Counted from the first letter of the stretch, positions 11,211-25,614 are shown. The stretch is DNA of 64,000 nt from Eledone cirrhosa (GCA_964016885.1 OZ024743.1:274226001-274290000); one strand, 5' to 3'. Numbers and translations: made by a program. Notes: generated by a model from the sequence alone, not told the origin.

Positions 11211-12942
11211 ATTAATAGTGTATTAATCCAATAGTCGTATATATCGTTGAAAAACGGAAATAATTTTGATTCCAAACATGCCTTGATTTGTGTCTACGTT
11301 TCTCGTCTATTATAATGATATAGCCAATAATTAATGATCTTCTTGATGAAGGCGGCTCTGCTGATATCTTACAATGTTCAACCATATGCATTCTAATCAA
11401 AAATGGAAGGCCAAACTACTCTGGAGACTTAATTACAACAAGAATAGATTACGGAGATTGTCAATAAAAGGCGAACTGAATTGGAAAAGTGGAAAAGGAA
11501 TAACCCAGAATTAGATGGATTGATAAGATCAAGAATTGGACAGATATAATATACAGTAAAGATATAAGTATCTTATTAGAAAGACTGAGATGTCAATCTA
11601 TATTATTCAACCTGTTGGATATGGATGATACGTGCTGATGATAACATTTACTCTATTTTAACTCTTGTTTTAAGTGTAAGATATATAGTGTCATTTTGAC
11701 GACATATTTTTACTTGATAAGACATGAAACATCCTTGAGGAGATGATTAAAATATCAAATTTCTGAGATATGAATACGTAATTAGTGATTGTTTTGCCTT
11801 TCAGGTTGATTTTAAAAGAGCAAGAGAAATAAAAAAACAATTGCCATCATAGCTGTGTCACTGATTTGTTTAGCCAGAGAGTTTGTCTTTCATTCTAAAT
11901 CATTCTGTGTGTAAGGTTTGCCTGAACTAACGCGAAAATTAAGAGAGGATTATTTAGACGTTGGCCATTTGTTTCCTAACGAAAATATTGCACAAGAGTT
12001 CTTTATGTAGATAATTGTATTTCAAACCCTTATCAGGTTTTACACGACTACGTATCATCTGAATAGCTTTGCTGAAAGCTTTCTAAGTCTCTGATTTGTA
12101 TGTATGTTTTTCACTGCTCTTATTAGTTTCTAATGCCTGGGAAAGAGCTTTTGATACTGCCCATTCGCCATTGATGAGATCATTAAAATAAATCATGAAC
12201 AACAGCGCAGAGGTAGCACAGTATCTTCTTATACACACATGCATAGGGAGGAGGCACTTTCGCTCTGATGTGACGCATACTTTTTGAAATGCTTTGTAAA
12301 AGTACAGCATTACATTTTCTTCATTACATCAAACGAGTTCCCATTCGGTTGATTGAATAGAAGAAAAGAACAAAACCAAGCCCAACACCCGAGTGGAAAT
12401 GTGTAACCCGCTCATTGATCCTCTCTCTGTTAATTAGTAGCCGCAAACATATTTAACGAGTTTTTTTTTATGAATATATTCATGCATAAATATATATATG
12501 TATGTTTTTAAAATATTGCTTGATATTCGTGGGAGTTGGTAGCTCGTTTTGAAGAGTAGATTCTTTGAAAGAATTTACAATTGCCCCCAAGAAATAAGCG
12601 GCATGTCATTATATTGCAGGAAGAATCATTTCAGACATAAGTTGATTCGGTTGCACCAATTTTAAATCGATTAATTTAGTCTGCCTATGTTACAGAAATT
12701 CATTTCTAAAAAAAAAAAAAAAATCATGATCGAAATTTTCTGTATTTGTTATTCTTTTTTTTTTCATTTACATTGTGAAGGGGGATGATTGATAGTTTCT
12801 TATTTTTCTGTCTTTCTGTATTCCTCTTCTCCCAACCAGCCTCCTTCTTATTCTTTTTCATTTCTTTTTTTTTTTCGTTGAAACATTTTTCTTCATTCTG
12901 TCTTTTACCTTCTTTCTTCAATATTTTCTTTCATCTTCATTT

Positions 12943-13008
12943 TCTTCTTCTTCTTCTTCTTCTTCTTCTTCTTCTTCTTCTTCTTCTTCTTCTTCTTCTT
13001 CTTCTTCT
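12943..13008. repeat. (CTT)n microsatellite
   Basis: Direct inspection. Confidence 0.97.
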
Positions 13009-13369
13009 ACGTATGATTGGTATTATTATTATTATTATTAGCAGCAGTAGCCTCGTTATACTATTTCTTCTTCTATTTTCATTCTTCTTCTCCTTCTATA
13101 ATTTTCAACGTTAAAATATTTATAGTATAATCCAACATTTTCAAGATGAAATATACCTATTGATTTTTCTAGTTTCTTTACAATTTTAATCTTTCTATTC
13201 AAAAGCAAAAGGCGTCAGTCGGAGAAAATTGAGAAAAACTTTAAAATAGGAAATTTTAAGTTTATATACTCAATAAACATAGTGAAAGAATATATATATA
13301 TGGGGCGGTGCTCCAGCATGGTTTGAGTCGAATGGCTGTAACAGGTAAAAGAGTAAAAGAGTATATAGA

Positions 13370-13418
<49 letters not shown>

Positions 13419-13494
13419 AATAATAAACTTTAATCTGTTATTTTAATATATATATATATATATATATATAAATATGTATATATCTGTCTCCACT

Positions 13495-13920
13495 ATTGGA
13501 CCCTTATTGATGAAAATGGCAATCACCAGGACAATGCCAAAACCATGGGTGAGATACTGCAGAAACAATACTGCTCTGTTTTCATCAATCCTGATATGGC
13601 TGATCTGGCTGTATCAGTGATGTTAATCCCCAATATACTATATCGGACATAATGTTTGGCGCCCCTGATATCTTGGTGGCAATAAACGGAATTAAACACA
13701 ACTAAGCAGTAGGCGCCGATAGGTTTCCTACAAGTGTCCACGAGGGTTGTCGACACCCACTTGCATCTCCTCTAGCTAATCTGTGGAGGAATTCACTGGA
13801 TGCTGGCTATATACTTAAACACTTTCTGTCCTAGTTTTCAAAAAGAGAAACAAGTCCCTTGTAGGAAATTACCGTCCCGACTCACTCACCTCTGATTTCA
13901 TTAAGGTATTTGAGAGGGTG
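13495..13920 (+). pseudogene. CR1-clade LINE reverse transcriptase relic
   Basis: Frameshifted translation gives EILQKQYCSVF ... SPLANLWRNSLDAGYI ... VFKKRNKSLVGNYRPDSLTSDFIKVFERV, matching the NYRPISLTS RT motif. Confidence 0.8.
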
Positions 13921-14497
13921 TATTTAAGCAGTGTTTCTCTGAAGCCAGTTGTGAGAGTATATTCTACTTTTCCGGATTACATAGCCGGCAAGGTTTCGTC
14001 CTATTAACAGGCTTCAGAGGAACACTGCGAAAATACACACCATCACTTCTCCAGTCACTGTGGAGACGGAGCGAATTTCATTCTGCGAAATTGGTATAGA
14101 CCAAACTAACTAATTTGAATTTCAGGGAATTTGATTTCTTTGAATTACTTAATTAGCATAAGTTCCCCGCATTTGATATATTTTTTATATGATTTTTTTT
14201 TATAGTTATCTTACTTTAACCTATCTAATATTTTTGGTTTATTTATAGCTAATTTTGAAATTGCCTGGTTTGAATAACCCTCGTATTTTTTCTAAAAATC
14301 TCCAATAAATCGTGGGAGTAGCCATCTTATTTTATATAATAGGTTGAAAGTGTTAGGGTGTATAAGCCAACGAAAATTACAGTACCTGTATATGTCACTG
14401 TTGTAACTAATTATATATAACTCGTCCTCTGGACTCAGTGGCTGTACCATTAGATATTTCTACCAAACTTATTCTACAGTATAGAAAGAGAGGGGTG

Positions 14498-14570
<73 letters not shown>

Positions 14571-14571
<1 letters not shown>

Positions 14572-14935
14572 TGATGTCAGCTAAGGTGCTTCCATAGGTG
14601 GTATGCCGGTTGAGCACTCTATGCTGTTACAGAGCAGATTATGATATAATATAAAACGAAAAATCAGTGATACATCTGAACTCAATTTATTGTGTGTTAC
14701 AATTGTTTCGCCGGCGGACAGCTCAAGACACGATCATTGTGTGGGTCTGTCTGATTCTGGATCTGCAGGTTCGACGGACACGTCTAATGATTTCGGAACA
14801 AATTCCTTCACTGCAGATCCAGAATCAGACAGATCCACACAATGATCGTGTCTCGAGCTGTCCGTCGACGAAACAATTGTAACACACAATAAATTTATTT
14901 CAGATGCATCACTGATTTTTAGTTTTATATTATAT
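14571..14935. mobile_element. Family E asymmetric foldback (inverted pseudo-LTR-like)
   Basis: Arm about 14650-14768 (aatcagtgatacatctgaa...ctggatctgcag) is inverted at about 14812-14930. Flanked by (GT)n and (TA)n. Confidence 0.8.
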
Positions 14936-14967
14936 ATATATATATAGTATATATATATGTGTGTTTG

Positions 14968-15318
<351 letters not shown>

Positions 15319-15319
15319 G

Positions 15320-15354
<35 letters not shown>

Positions 15355-15355
<1 letters not shown>

Positions 15356-15772
15356 AGTATGTATATGTACATACATATATGTATACAGACGTACAGTAGT
15401 ATGTATATATATATATACATACATGTACGTATGTGTTTACCGAACATTTATTATAATGTTCGGTTTGTTTGTAAACAAACAGCCCGAATTAAGCCGTACA
15501 GTGTTCGGCAACCATTGTCGCCCTTTTGTTCAACACTGACAAAGGAACGATGAACTAGTTTCAAGCTTATTAGCTATCGTCAACATCGTATACCTTCCTG
15601 TCAGATTATTGAACGTTTGAAAGTATATACTTTCCTTATGCATATTAACGGCTGGGCAACCTAATTTGAATATCGAGTACGTTAGTCGGCCGGGCGTACC
15701 GAGAACGATAAATGAAATAGAATGAAATGAAATTTCATTTCTCACTTTTAGTACGGCTGATACTTAAATATA
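15355..15772 (-). mobile_element. Family A single unit; HHR at 15548-15588 with a C3U lesion
   Basis: Homologous to 2041-2460. HHR reads CGATG-TTGACGA-...-GAAA-CTAG-TT-CATCG. Confidence 0.85.
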
Positions 15773-16095
15773 TAGTATTTTACATTAGAGCAAAACTAGT
15801 TTAGTTTATTTTATTAAAAGTTGTAAGTCTAAATTTAAACCTCCAAATAATTCTAAATTTATGAAAATTTCACGAGAGTTTACAAAAGAATAACCACTTA
15901 GTTATATTATAAAAACAGTAAGGAGGTGTAAAGGAAGTTAGAAGTGATATATGTTATAAAGTTAAAAAGTTTTAAAAAAAATTATTTTAAGAATATAATT
16001 AAAACATGATCCATATGCTATTTTATACGAAGTCATAAATTTACTTGCTATAAAGTTAAAACATTAACATTGAAATTAAAACATTAAAGGATACA

Positions 16096-16440
16096 TTAAA
16101 AGGAACATTTATGGTTATTAAAACGAGATTTGAAGTCTGTGGAAGTAGAGCCGGCATAGTTTTCATTTGTTTTGACATTACAATTGTATACTATATTTTT
16201 AACTAAACAATTATTATTTAGAGGACAGTTAGATTTATTTCTACAATTACATTTATCTAAATTTATATTATTGGGAGCCGTAACATTATATTGGATATTG
16301 CTAGGGGTATTAATGCTATTCTGGTTAGGTTTTAAGTTTCTATTATTAATTCTATTAATATTCTGCGCTAAATTCATAGTGGTGGAATATGAGAGTTTAA
16401 TAGTATGTCTATTAAAGATTGGTAATACCTCTGTGTCTTA
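16096..16440 (-). pseudogene. PLE linker plus GIY-YIG endonuclease relic
   Basis: IKLSYSTTMNLAQNI ... KCNCRNKSNCPLNNNCLVKNIVYNCNV ... YAGSTSTDFKSRFNNHKCSF, homologous to 42072-42701. Confidence 0.85.
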
Positions 16441-17682
16441 GGAAAGCACCTATCTAGAGCTTTAAAGAATAATTTAGCAATAGGAGTTTTAATACTTAAT
16501 GACATTTTTTTCTTGAAAAACTTACGGAAAGTTTTAGGAAAAATCTTTTGAAAATTCCTTTGAAAGATATAGAAAAACCATTATTTTCATACCTTCCAAT
16601 ACTTTTATATTTTTATATTTTTATATATTTTTATATCTCCAAACGTTTTTAATATATATATCCTAATGTTTATACATATGTGGAAAAACATGATTTTTAT
16701 ATATAGGTTTTTTATATATATGTGGAATAACCTATGGTTTATGCTTTAAATATATTCTTAAGATAAATTTTTTTTAATGTTTTAATTTTAATGTTAATGT
16801 TTTAACTTTATAGCAAGTAAATTTATGACTTTGTATAAAATAATATATGGTTCATGTTTTAATTATATTCTTAAGACAAAAAATGTTTTAACTTTATAAC
16901 ATTTAATACTTAGAGTCATCTGAGTTCTTAAAAAAATCACTTCTAACTTCCTTTACACCTCCTTACTGTTTTTTATAATATAACTAAGTGGTTATTCATT
17001 TGTAAACTCTCGTAAATTTTTCATAAATTTAGAATTATTTGGAGGTTTAAATTTTGACTTACAACTTTTAATAAAATAAACTATACTAGTTTTGCTCTAA
17101 TGTAAAATACTATATATTTATTTAAATAATTTGTAATCCTTAACATTTAAACTAATTATTAATATTAAATTATTAAATTAAATTTTAATATTAAGGTAAA
17201 TTTTAATCTTTAATTTTGATTTCTAATTTTTAATTTTAATTTAATTTTAATCTAATTTTTCAACCTATCATTATAAGTATTATAATCAAAACGTAATGAA
17301 TCCTTATAAATATTATTCTTCCACGCTATTCTCATTTCTTCTCTCACTTAGATATACTTACGCTGTCTATATTTATCTCTTCATGCGCTCTATTTTCACT
17401 ATCAATATATATAATCGTTCTTTCTTTCCTCTTCTATCTTTCTCCTTTCTTTTTTTTTTTCTTTTTTTTTTTTTTTCTCTCTCCCTTACATATCATCTTC
17501 TTCCAACAGTTTAATTTAAGTAAACCGTTATCTTTTCAACCTTTCGGACACTCATTTGCATACTCACTCATAATTGTGTATCACCCTCAATAAATGTACT
17601 ATCTCCACTATCCTGGAAGCTCCAACCGTTATGGTTGTCTTTTTTTCCGGGTATGTCAATATTTATTTATAAAACAAATCTG

Positions 17683-17748
17683 TATTTTATCTGATGAAAG
17701 CGCACCATACTTTGCCTTGGTTGCCCTTGAAATACGTATAATAAAATA
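17683..17748 (+). ncRNA. Type I hammerhead ribozyme in PLE pseudo-LTR
   Basis: TATTTTAT-CTGATGA-AAG...CTT-GAAA-TACGTA-TA-ATAAAATA. 8-bp stem I, palindromic stem III ATACGTAT. Confidence 0.85.
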
Positions 17749-17999
17749 AATATGGTTTTATAAATATAGTTTCCATTTATTAATATATTGTATATTTACT
17801 CCACTAAACTGTTGAGTGCTTTATATAAGTTATAAACATTTTAAAATTAAATATAACCTCTGCATATCTATATATATATATATATATATACATACATAAA
17901 CAGAATATACACACAAAGTCATATAAAGATACACAATGGGTCGTACATGAAAGGATGCATCTTGTTATAAACATGTACACATATAAAAAATACATACAT

Positions 18000-18082
<83 letters not shown>

Positions 18083-18146
18083 CATATACGTATATACATA
18101 TATATATAAAAATATATAAATATGATATATATTAAAACTATACATA

Positions 18147-18335
18147 TAACTGTTTCTACTTTAGGCACAAGGCCAGCAAATACCCAGTGCATTACTGGTA
18201 CTTTATTTTATCGACCCCGTAAGGATGAAAGGCAAAGTCAACCTCGGCGGGATTTGAACTCAGACCGTAAAGGGACGTAACTATGCTGGCAAGCATGGTG
18301 TCTGACCCTCTACCGATACTGCCAATCCACCGCAA
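18147..18335 (-). mobile_element. Meta-domain SINE, near full length
   Basis: Reverse complement of ...ctgagttcaaatcccgccgaggttgactttgcctttcatccttacggggtcgataaaataaagtaccagt.... Confidence 0.85.
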
Positions 18336-18610
18336 AAATATACATATAACGGCACATAGAGATACACAGTGTGCTATACATGAAAGGGTGCGCCCAGTTG
18401 TATGTGTCTACAGAGATGTTGTTACGTTGCGAACATGGAGCAATCCACGTATGGAATCTTCACGCAAAGCCACATAATGGGGGTTCATGGTATTACAGTA
18501 TATAGTATGCGCAGACCGTACAAAGAAAGTGCGTGCAGAATATATATAAAAAAAAAGAAGGAACGTGTATGCATATGAGATAGTACACAAGAGAAGTATG
18601 TGTACTTGTT

Positions 18611-18646
<36 letters not shown>

Positions 18647-19009
18647 TGTTTGCGAGCAAGTGTGTATCTGTGCGTGTATATATGGGTACGTGTGTGTATG
18701 CGTGTGTGCGTGGCTTGTCTATGTATATCTCTGTACGTGTTTGTGTGTATGTGTATACATACGCGTATGCATGTGTATGAGCATGTGTGTGTGCGTATTG
18801 ACGTATATAGGCTTGTGGGCGTGTGTCTGTGTATCTACGTGCCTTGGATGAATGTATGTGTATGTTTATATGTTTATATGTTTTCCCTAATGTGTTGATA
18901 TAGCGGGAGTCTATGCGTACGACTGTCGCTATCTATGTGATTGTGTATGTATGGGGCTTGTGTGTGTGTGAGTACGCGCGTGGATGTTTGAACTACCAAA
19001 CACAGCAGT

Positions 19010-19322
19010 AATTCATTGAAGTGTAGCAGACATGAGACAACGGACTGGTACCTGTGGTCAGAAGTATGATGACGTAGACAACCAGCGGCCAATCACTTGA
19101 CGCGCGAAGGGATGAAGTTTTTGACGGTACTGGCCCAGAGGGTCAGATACCCCAATGACAGAATATGCTCCGAAATCATTAGACGTGTCCGTCGAACCTG
19201 CAGATCCAGAATCAGATAGATCCACACAATGATCGTGTCTCGAGCTGTCCGTCGGCGAAACAATCGTAACACACAATAAATTGAGTTCAGATGCATCACT
19301 GATTTTTCTTTTTATATTATAT
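19010..19322 (+). mobile_element. Family E repeat copy
   Basis: Near-identical to the reverse complement of 14650-14797. Confidence 0.8.
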
Positions 19323-19383
19323 ATAAGATCCCGTTAAGGGTGAAAGCGGCGATTCTTTGTTTAAACTTTAATATGTTATTTTA

Positions 19384-19420
<37 letters not shown>

Positions 19421-19542
19421 GTGTGTGTGTGTGTGTGTGTGTGCAGCGTCAGAAACGTTAAACCCTCTTCCTGCAACATCAAGCGTTAACCTAATATATC
19501 CCTTCCATATACTGTACCGATTGTGTTGTTAATTTTGTTTAT

Positions 19543-19594
<52 letters not shown>

Positions 19595-19596
19595 AC

Positions 19597-19975
19597 ACTT
19601 GGGGAGGGTCATATTTTTGTAATATTGCCAGAAATAATAACAGAACACACTCACTGTTTAGTTGGTTTTCGCTTCTGTATCTTTTATATCTCCATAGTTA
19701 ATTTATTTGGCGTAGACATACAATACAGTACAATACAACAAGAGAGAACTTAATAGTACCACTGATGATGTTACAGATGTGCAACGAAAGAACTTTGATA
19801 GACTATATATATAAATTTTTAACCGCTGGTCATTCAATGATAAATATTGATTGCCAAATAAATTAACTATGGAGATATAAAAGATACAGAAGCGAAAACC
19901 AACCAAACTGTGAGTGTGTTCTGTTATTATTTCTGGCAATATTACCACAATATGACCCTCCCCAAATCTAACAAT
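19597..19975. mobile_element. Family I foldback with internal degenerate HHR (19757-19800, plus strand)
   Basis: Arms about 19598-19711 and about 19852-19966 are inverted. The spacer contains TACCA-CTGATGA-tGTTaca gatg tgcAAC-GAAA-GAAC-TT-TGATA. Confidence 0.7.
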
Positions 19976-21789
19976 GTATATATATATAAAGATAGAGCGG
20001 GGGGATAGAGACATACATCCCTCTATATACTATATATATATAATTTTTGTCGATATATATCTATGTTTATTTTTATAACCACATAGAATGTATTCATTCA
20101 TTAGGATGTTTACAGACGTAGAGTTGTTTTTGAAATTTTATATTTTTTAGCAATGAAATTTGATTAAACAGATTTGAAGTCGTCTCTGTTTTGGCCTGAA
20201 GTGTTTATTATATCATTTAATTTTGATAGCAGCTGCCTCCACTGGAATATAACCGAATCACTATAGCGCAATTACGTAATTGACAATAACATTTCTTTCT
20301 ACATTCACTTATCTATTGGTAATGTTCTATTTTTAATTATAATTCTGCCATTAAATATTCATACCTGTATACTCATTCGATAATCTTAATATTAATGGAC
20401 CATTCTGTCGCCTTCTGTTCTTTTATTTATCATTCAGAAATACCTAATTAACCACCCCCTATGCTTATTGAAGGAAGATATTATTGTAAGCATTAGAATA
20501 TGCTAATATATTCGTTTCTTTCACAAAGCAAGTGAGAAAAAAATCCTCTATTGATTGAATAAGAAAGCACTGTGAGACGTTCCTACATCTTTCCGCAAGG
20601 CAGTAGTTGTATAAGTAAGCAGATCTGGTTTCAACTCACAATCTAAACTGATTAGAAGCCTCGTCTTATATGAATTTATCCCTGTCCTTAGGCATCTGAT
20701 ATTGGAATGTACTTAAACGAATGTACTAACAGCCTTTCTTTTTTTTTTTGGTTTCGTTCGTTTGTTTGTTTGTTTTTTTCTCTGGTGGAAAACTCACACT
20801 TCGAAAAACAGGGTTTATCAAATTAATCGCTTTCAATATATTGCTACAATTAAATCTGTTTCTTGATAGGAATAAAAGGTAAAATCGGTCACTGTTCGGT
20901 ATCAGTATATTCCACGGGGCATTTAATCGGATGATTTCTCTTTTCCTACAAATTCAAATCACTTGATTGCATTATTCTATTATTACTAGGTTAGGTGATT
21001 GCATTAGAAAAAATCCTCTAAACGAAAGTCTTGATTCGTTTACAGCGACACGCAGTTTGCAAATGTTATCTTCTTTAACTTATATGGATATCGAAAGAGA
21101 GGCAGTAATACACAAAGTATCTAACGTCTATAAACAACAGAATTAAATGAAAATTAAACTAACTGATCTCATAGCTGGATTTGTAGATGATGATCTTTTA
21201 TTTCTTATCTTTAAAATCTCAATTCAAAGTCGGTATTTTCTTTACCTTATGAGTTGTCCATATTTATGCTACTGGTGAGAAATATACATTTCTATTTGTT
21301 TAATCCGTGTGGGTGTCAGTCGTGGTGTCACTTTTTTTTTAGTTTTTGTTGTTGTTGTTGTCATTGTTGTTTTTATTGCCGTTGTAACTTAACATTTCAC
21401 TAAGTATCAACAGCACTATTTATCTTTCATATGTTGCCGACAAAGCTATACCTCAAACTCTGTTCTAATTTAACGTTAACACGTATATTGCACCTCCCAC
21501 TCTAAACTAATTAGTCCTCACGCGAACATTATTGGTTTTGAACTGCTGCCATGCTTTTCTTTTATATAAAATTCGGGTAATTATTTTGATTGAAAACTTA
21601 GAACACTTAGTAAATTTCTTTACATTTGTGTTGTTTAAATACTAGGACAGGGAAAAGTGCACATGAACTGAAAAAAAATTAAAACGTCTCAAATCGCTGG
21701 GGCTTCCCCTCTGGAAGTCAATAATATCGGTTTCTGATTTAGGCATAAGGTTCACAATATTCGGGGTGGCGTATGTCATCCTTTGCGAT

Positions 21790-22430
21790 ATGATTTCAGA
21801 CGTGTTGATGCTCTGGCTCGGCTGGCACCGTTTGGCATGTCTCCGCTCGGCCTCGCAGCCCCGCAATGGTGCCTGCGTCGACGCAGTTCCATCACTTGCA
21901 TCTGGGACTCAGCTGGACAATTAACGCTTGCATATCAGAGTTTTCCCGAGGTTTGGCCACAGCGTCTGCGTCTTACAAATGCCGCTGCAGTACCATTGTG
22001 GGTCGTTTAGAATTCTCCGCACTGTCATACCGTTACAGTGTTAGCCACCTCCCACGCCATACTACTCTCAACGAGATCATAAAGCATGGCCTGGATGGTG
22101 CAGACTTCTCTTTTCAGCTCGAGCCAGTGGGGCTGGACCGAATGGACAGCAAAAGGCCAGACGGCATCATAATCTTCCCATCCTGTGGCTGTAGGCCCCT
22201 CACCTGTGATGACACCTATTCTAGTGGCAACCTGCTGCATTCGGCAGCCAGCCCAATCTCTGCTGCCGGCGAAGTGGAGAATTCCGTCGTACATGGCACA
22301 CAAACCATATCTCTACTCATTGCTATCGGAGCGGAGTTGGCCGCGCACAAGTGCAAGCCACGTGAGGTGGAGTAACTCTTCCAGCGCGGCTCCCTCGAAA
22401 TCCTCCGGAACAATGTATTCTCCATCCTGT
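21790..22430 (+). pseudogene. CRE-like (restriction-like endonuclease) non-LTR retrotransposon 3' relic
   Basis: RHTTLNEIIKHGL...LEPVGLDRMDSKRPDGIIIFP, the RH..LN / EP / KRPDG motifs of the RLE domain. Frameshifted. Confidence 0.8.
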
Positions 22431-22690
22431 AAGTTAGTTGGAGAATAATCGCTCAGACATCACTTCCTCGCTATTTCTTTAAGATTATAACTATGATTTG
22501 TTATGTATATAAATTGTTGACTTGGTGAGTTTTGTTGAAACACAAAGATTCTCAATAAAGATAAATGGCGATGGAACAATCCAGCTTGTAATGTTTATAT
22601 ATATATGTGTGTGTATGCGTGTGTGTTTGTGTAGATATGCGTGTATATATGTGTATATATAGAGAGAGATATGTGTGTGTGTACGTACAC

Positions 22691-22721
<31 letters not shown>

Positions 22722-23029
22722 TATATGTAGGCGTGACCCTCTAACCACTAAGCCATGCGCCTCTACATCTATATATATTTGTGTGTGTGTGTGCGTGTGT
22801 ATGTATAAAATCAAAGCTATGAGAACAGCTTAGGATGTTACAACATTTATATATATAAAATAACGGAGCATCGGTTTGTTTTGAAATTCATAGAAAATGG
22901 CAGATGTTGTTATTAGAGGTCATTTAGCTCACTAGCTAGAGTGCTCAACCGGAATTTGGGGAATACGATGTTCAAGTTTGCGTAGTAACTGCTGTCTTCT
23001 TTTCTGTACCCGTTGTTCTAAACTATTAT

Positions 23030-23220
23030 TTATAGGATTGGCAGTATCGGTAGAGGGTTGGACGCCATGCTTTGACTCATTGAGTTACGGCCCTTGCCAT
23101 TCTGAGTTCAAATCCCGCCGAGGTTAACTTTGCCTTTCATCCTTACGGAGGCGATAAAATAAAGTACCAGTAATGCACTGGGATAATTGCTGACCTTATG
23201 CCAAAAGTAGAAACAATTAT
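23030..23220 (+). mobile_element. Meta-domain SINE, near full length
   Basis: A-box-like ttggcagtatcggtagag, B-box gagttcaaatcc, central gcctttcatcctt...gataaaataaagtaccag. Confidence 0.85.
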
Positions 23221-24306
23221 TTATAGAAATTAGCTCCATTTACAATTATATTCTGCGTTTGGTTTACTACATTTTCAATGCTTATACATATATTCAAATC
23301 TATCTATCTAATATATATGTGTATTTGTGTGTGTATGTGTGTCGAATATGGTAATTTATGTCGTGGGACATCTTGATTTTTCAGTGATTATTCACCTCGT
23401 CCAGTTTATTCTTTACCTGATTTTTTTCGGTCTGGTGATTTCGTCAAAAAGAAACCAAAATTTGACATGACGTCATTCTTTTTTTTTTTTTTCTCTCTTT
23501 CCTTTCCGTTATATGTATTTCATTTCTAAAAATACAATAATCTTCATTAGAAAAAGATATAAAAATATCGATAGTTATCTTTTTTTTAAACAAATCATTT
23601 TAGTTAAATGCAGAGACCTAGCCAATAATTCAGCAAGAATAGAAAGAAAAAGTATACTTTTTTATGCTTTTATAAAAATATTTTACCGGTTCATTACGTT
23701 GTGAATTCTTGTTTTAAATTTAGACAGTTTGCACAGCATTTCCAAAACCGAAGCAAGGAATATACAGATATAGAAATATGTGAACATTGCTAGAGAACGG
23801 TCGATACATAAATTTTCTGAGAATGCTTCGTGTTTGATTTACTGGTGTCTGACATTTTGTGCATATATTACATAAATATGTTGAAAAAGCAAACAGATAG
23901 AGGAGATTATTATAGGAAAGAATGAATGAATTTAGATAAAAAAAGAGGGTAAGAGATATGTCTTGAGAAAGGTAAACGGTCGGGTGGGTGGGTAAGTATT
24001 GTAGGCTGGAAGTAGTTAAGTAAAATAGATAGGCACGTAGATCGGACAGGAATTTAAATTGAAACTCAAAGATAATAGATATTATAGAGAGGATATCTAT
24101 GGTGGCAGGAAAATAGAAATATGCTAAGTCATTGAGAGTACAGAGCTTTAGTGAGGGTGGGGGTTGAGTGAAGTGTAACAACAGAAGGTTGCATTCATTT
24201 ACAGAACGAATTGGTTTCCTGGGACATTAATTTCTCGCAATAAATTCAGATTGATTAAACTGACTGTAATTCTGAAGTACAAGTTTAGTATTTTATCTCA
24301 TCAAAA

Positions 24307-24500
24307 TAGGTGGGTAGGTAATTAGTTAGGTAGATAGGTAGGTAATTAATTAGGTAGGTAGGTAATTAGGTAGGTAGATAGGTAGGTAGGTAGGTAGGTA
24401 GGTAGGTAGGTAGGTAGGTAGGTAGGTAGGTAGGTAGGTAGGTAGGTAGGTAGGTAGGTGGGTAGGTGAGAAGGTAGATAGGTAGGGAGAGAGGAGGTAA
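24307..24500. repeat. (TAGG)n microsatellite
   Basis: Direct inspection. Confidence 0.95.
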
Positions 24501-24922
24501 GTAGGTAGGTTGGTTGTTGGTTGGTGTAGATAGATATATAAAAATATATGTACATAGATAGATATAGATAGTTAGATAGACAAAACGACAGATAAACCAC
24601 CAGATATATCGATAGGGGTACGTAGAAAGAAAATAGAGGCAGATGTGTTTACTTTACTGGATTCTCTGACCTTTATTTATCTAGATTTGTGAAAACACCT
24701 ATCATGTAATGGCACCACTTATAATATTGTGATCACGTAGTACATCTGTTGTTGTTAAAAATAGATGGTTGCTCTATCCACGATATACATAAATTCCACA
24801 AGATGGACGTGACAATTTCAAAGTTAATAAACATAGCTATAGACACGAGACAATGACGTGGGGAGTATACAGACCACCAACCATGAAAACATCTGTATCT
24901 TCATATCAATGAAAACGAGTTC

Positions 24923-24977
<55 letters not shown>

Positions 24978-24980
24978 TGT

Positions 24981-25101
<121 letters not shown>

Positions 25102-25475
25102 TTTATAATATATATGTACTCTGTATGACGAAAAACTCACATATATATCTGTCTATCTAAGATGGCTGGCAAGTAGATAAACGAAGTTTCGTCCCATCTT
25201 TTTTTCTGTTAGCAGTTTTTCTCAGTTAGATTTTTCTTTCTCCCATCTCTTCCTTCTTCTTATATCCTAAAAGAAACCTATATTCTCTCTTTCTCCCTCT
25301 CTACATACATATATATATATGAAATATATGGAGAATAGGATTGACTGTGTAGTTGCTAGTACGGAGCTTAACAATGGAATGAGAATAAGAAGAAAGCAAG
25401 AACGGGGGTTGGTTCCTCATCAGTTGTCTACTGGGAGTCTCAGATATTTCAAACAATATATCTAACTACAGACCG

Positions 25476-25563
<88 letters not shown>

Positions 25564-25573
25564 ATCGAATATA

Positions 25574-25607
<34 letters not shown>

Positions 25608-25614
25608 GATAAGG

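Larger units (their letters stand above)
15771..17800. mobile_element. Degenerate Penelope-like element with inverted arm structure
   Basis: GIY-YIG relic on the minus strand. About 15770-16080 is inverted at about 16790-17118. The plus-strand tail carries an HHR at 17683-17748. Confidence 0.8.

Noticed and set aside
11320-11550. Coding-looking segment (...IVNKRRTELEKWKRNNPELDGLIRSRIGQI)
   Set aside because: Interrupted by stops in all frames and not assignable to a family.
11805-11852. Alternative terminal exon VDFKRAREIKKQLPS* after a good acceptor
   Set aside because: Too short, with no independent support. It competes with the 6788 candidate.
12083-12310. YKAFQKV and LLFMIYFNDL resembling CR1/L2 RT motifs
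   Set aside because: The motifs are too close together and too degenerate to call without a profile search.
24307-24500. (TAGG)n as an interstitial telomere
   Set aside because: The unit is TAGG, not TTAGGG or TTAGG. It is an ordinary tetranucleotide repeat.
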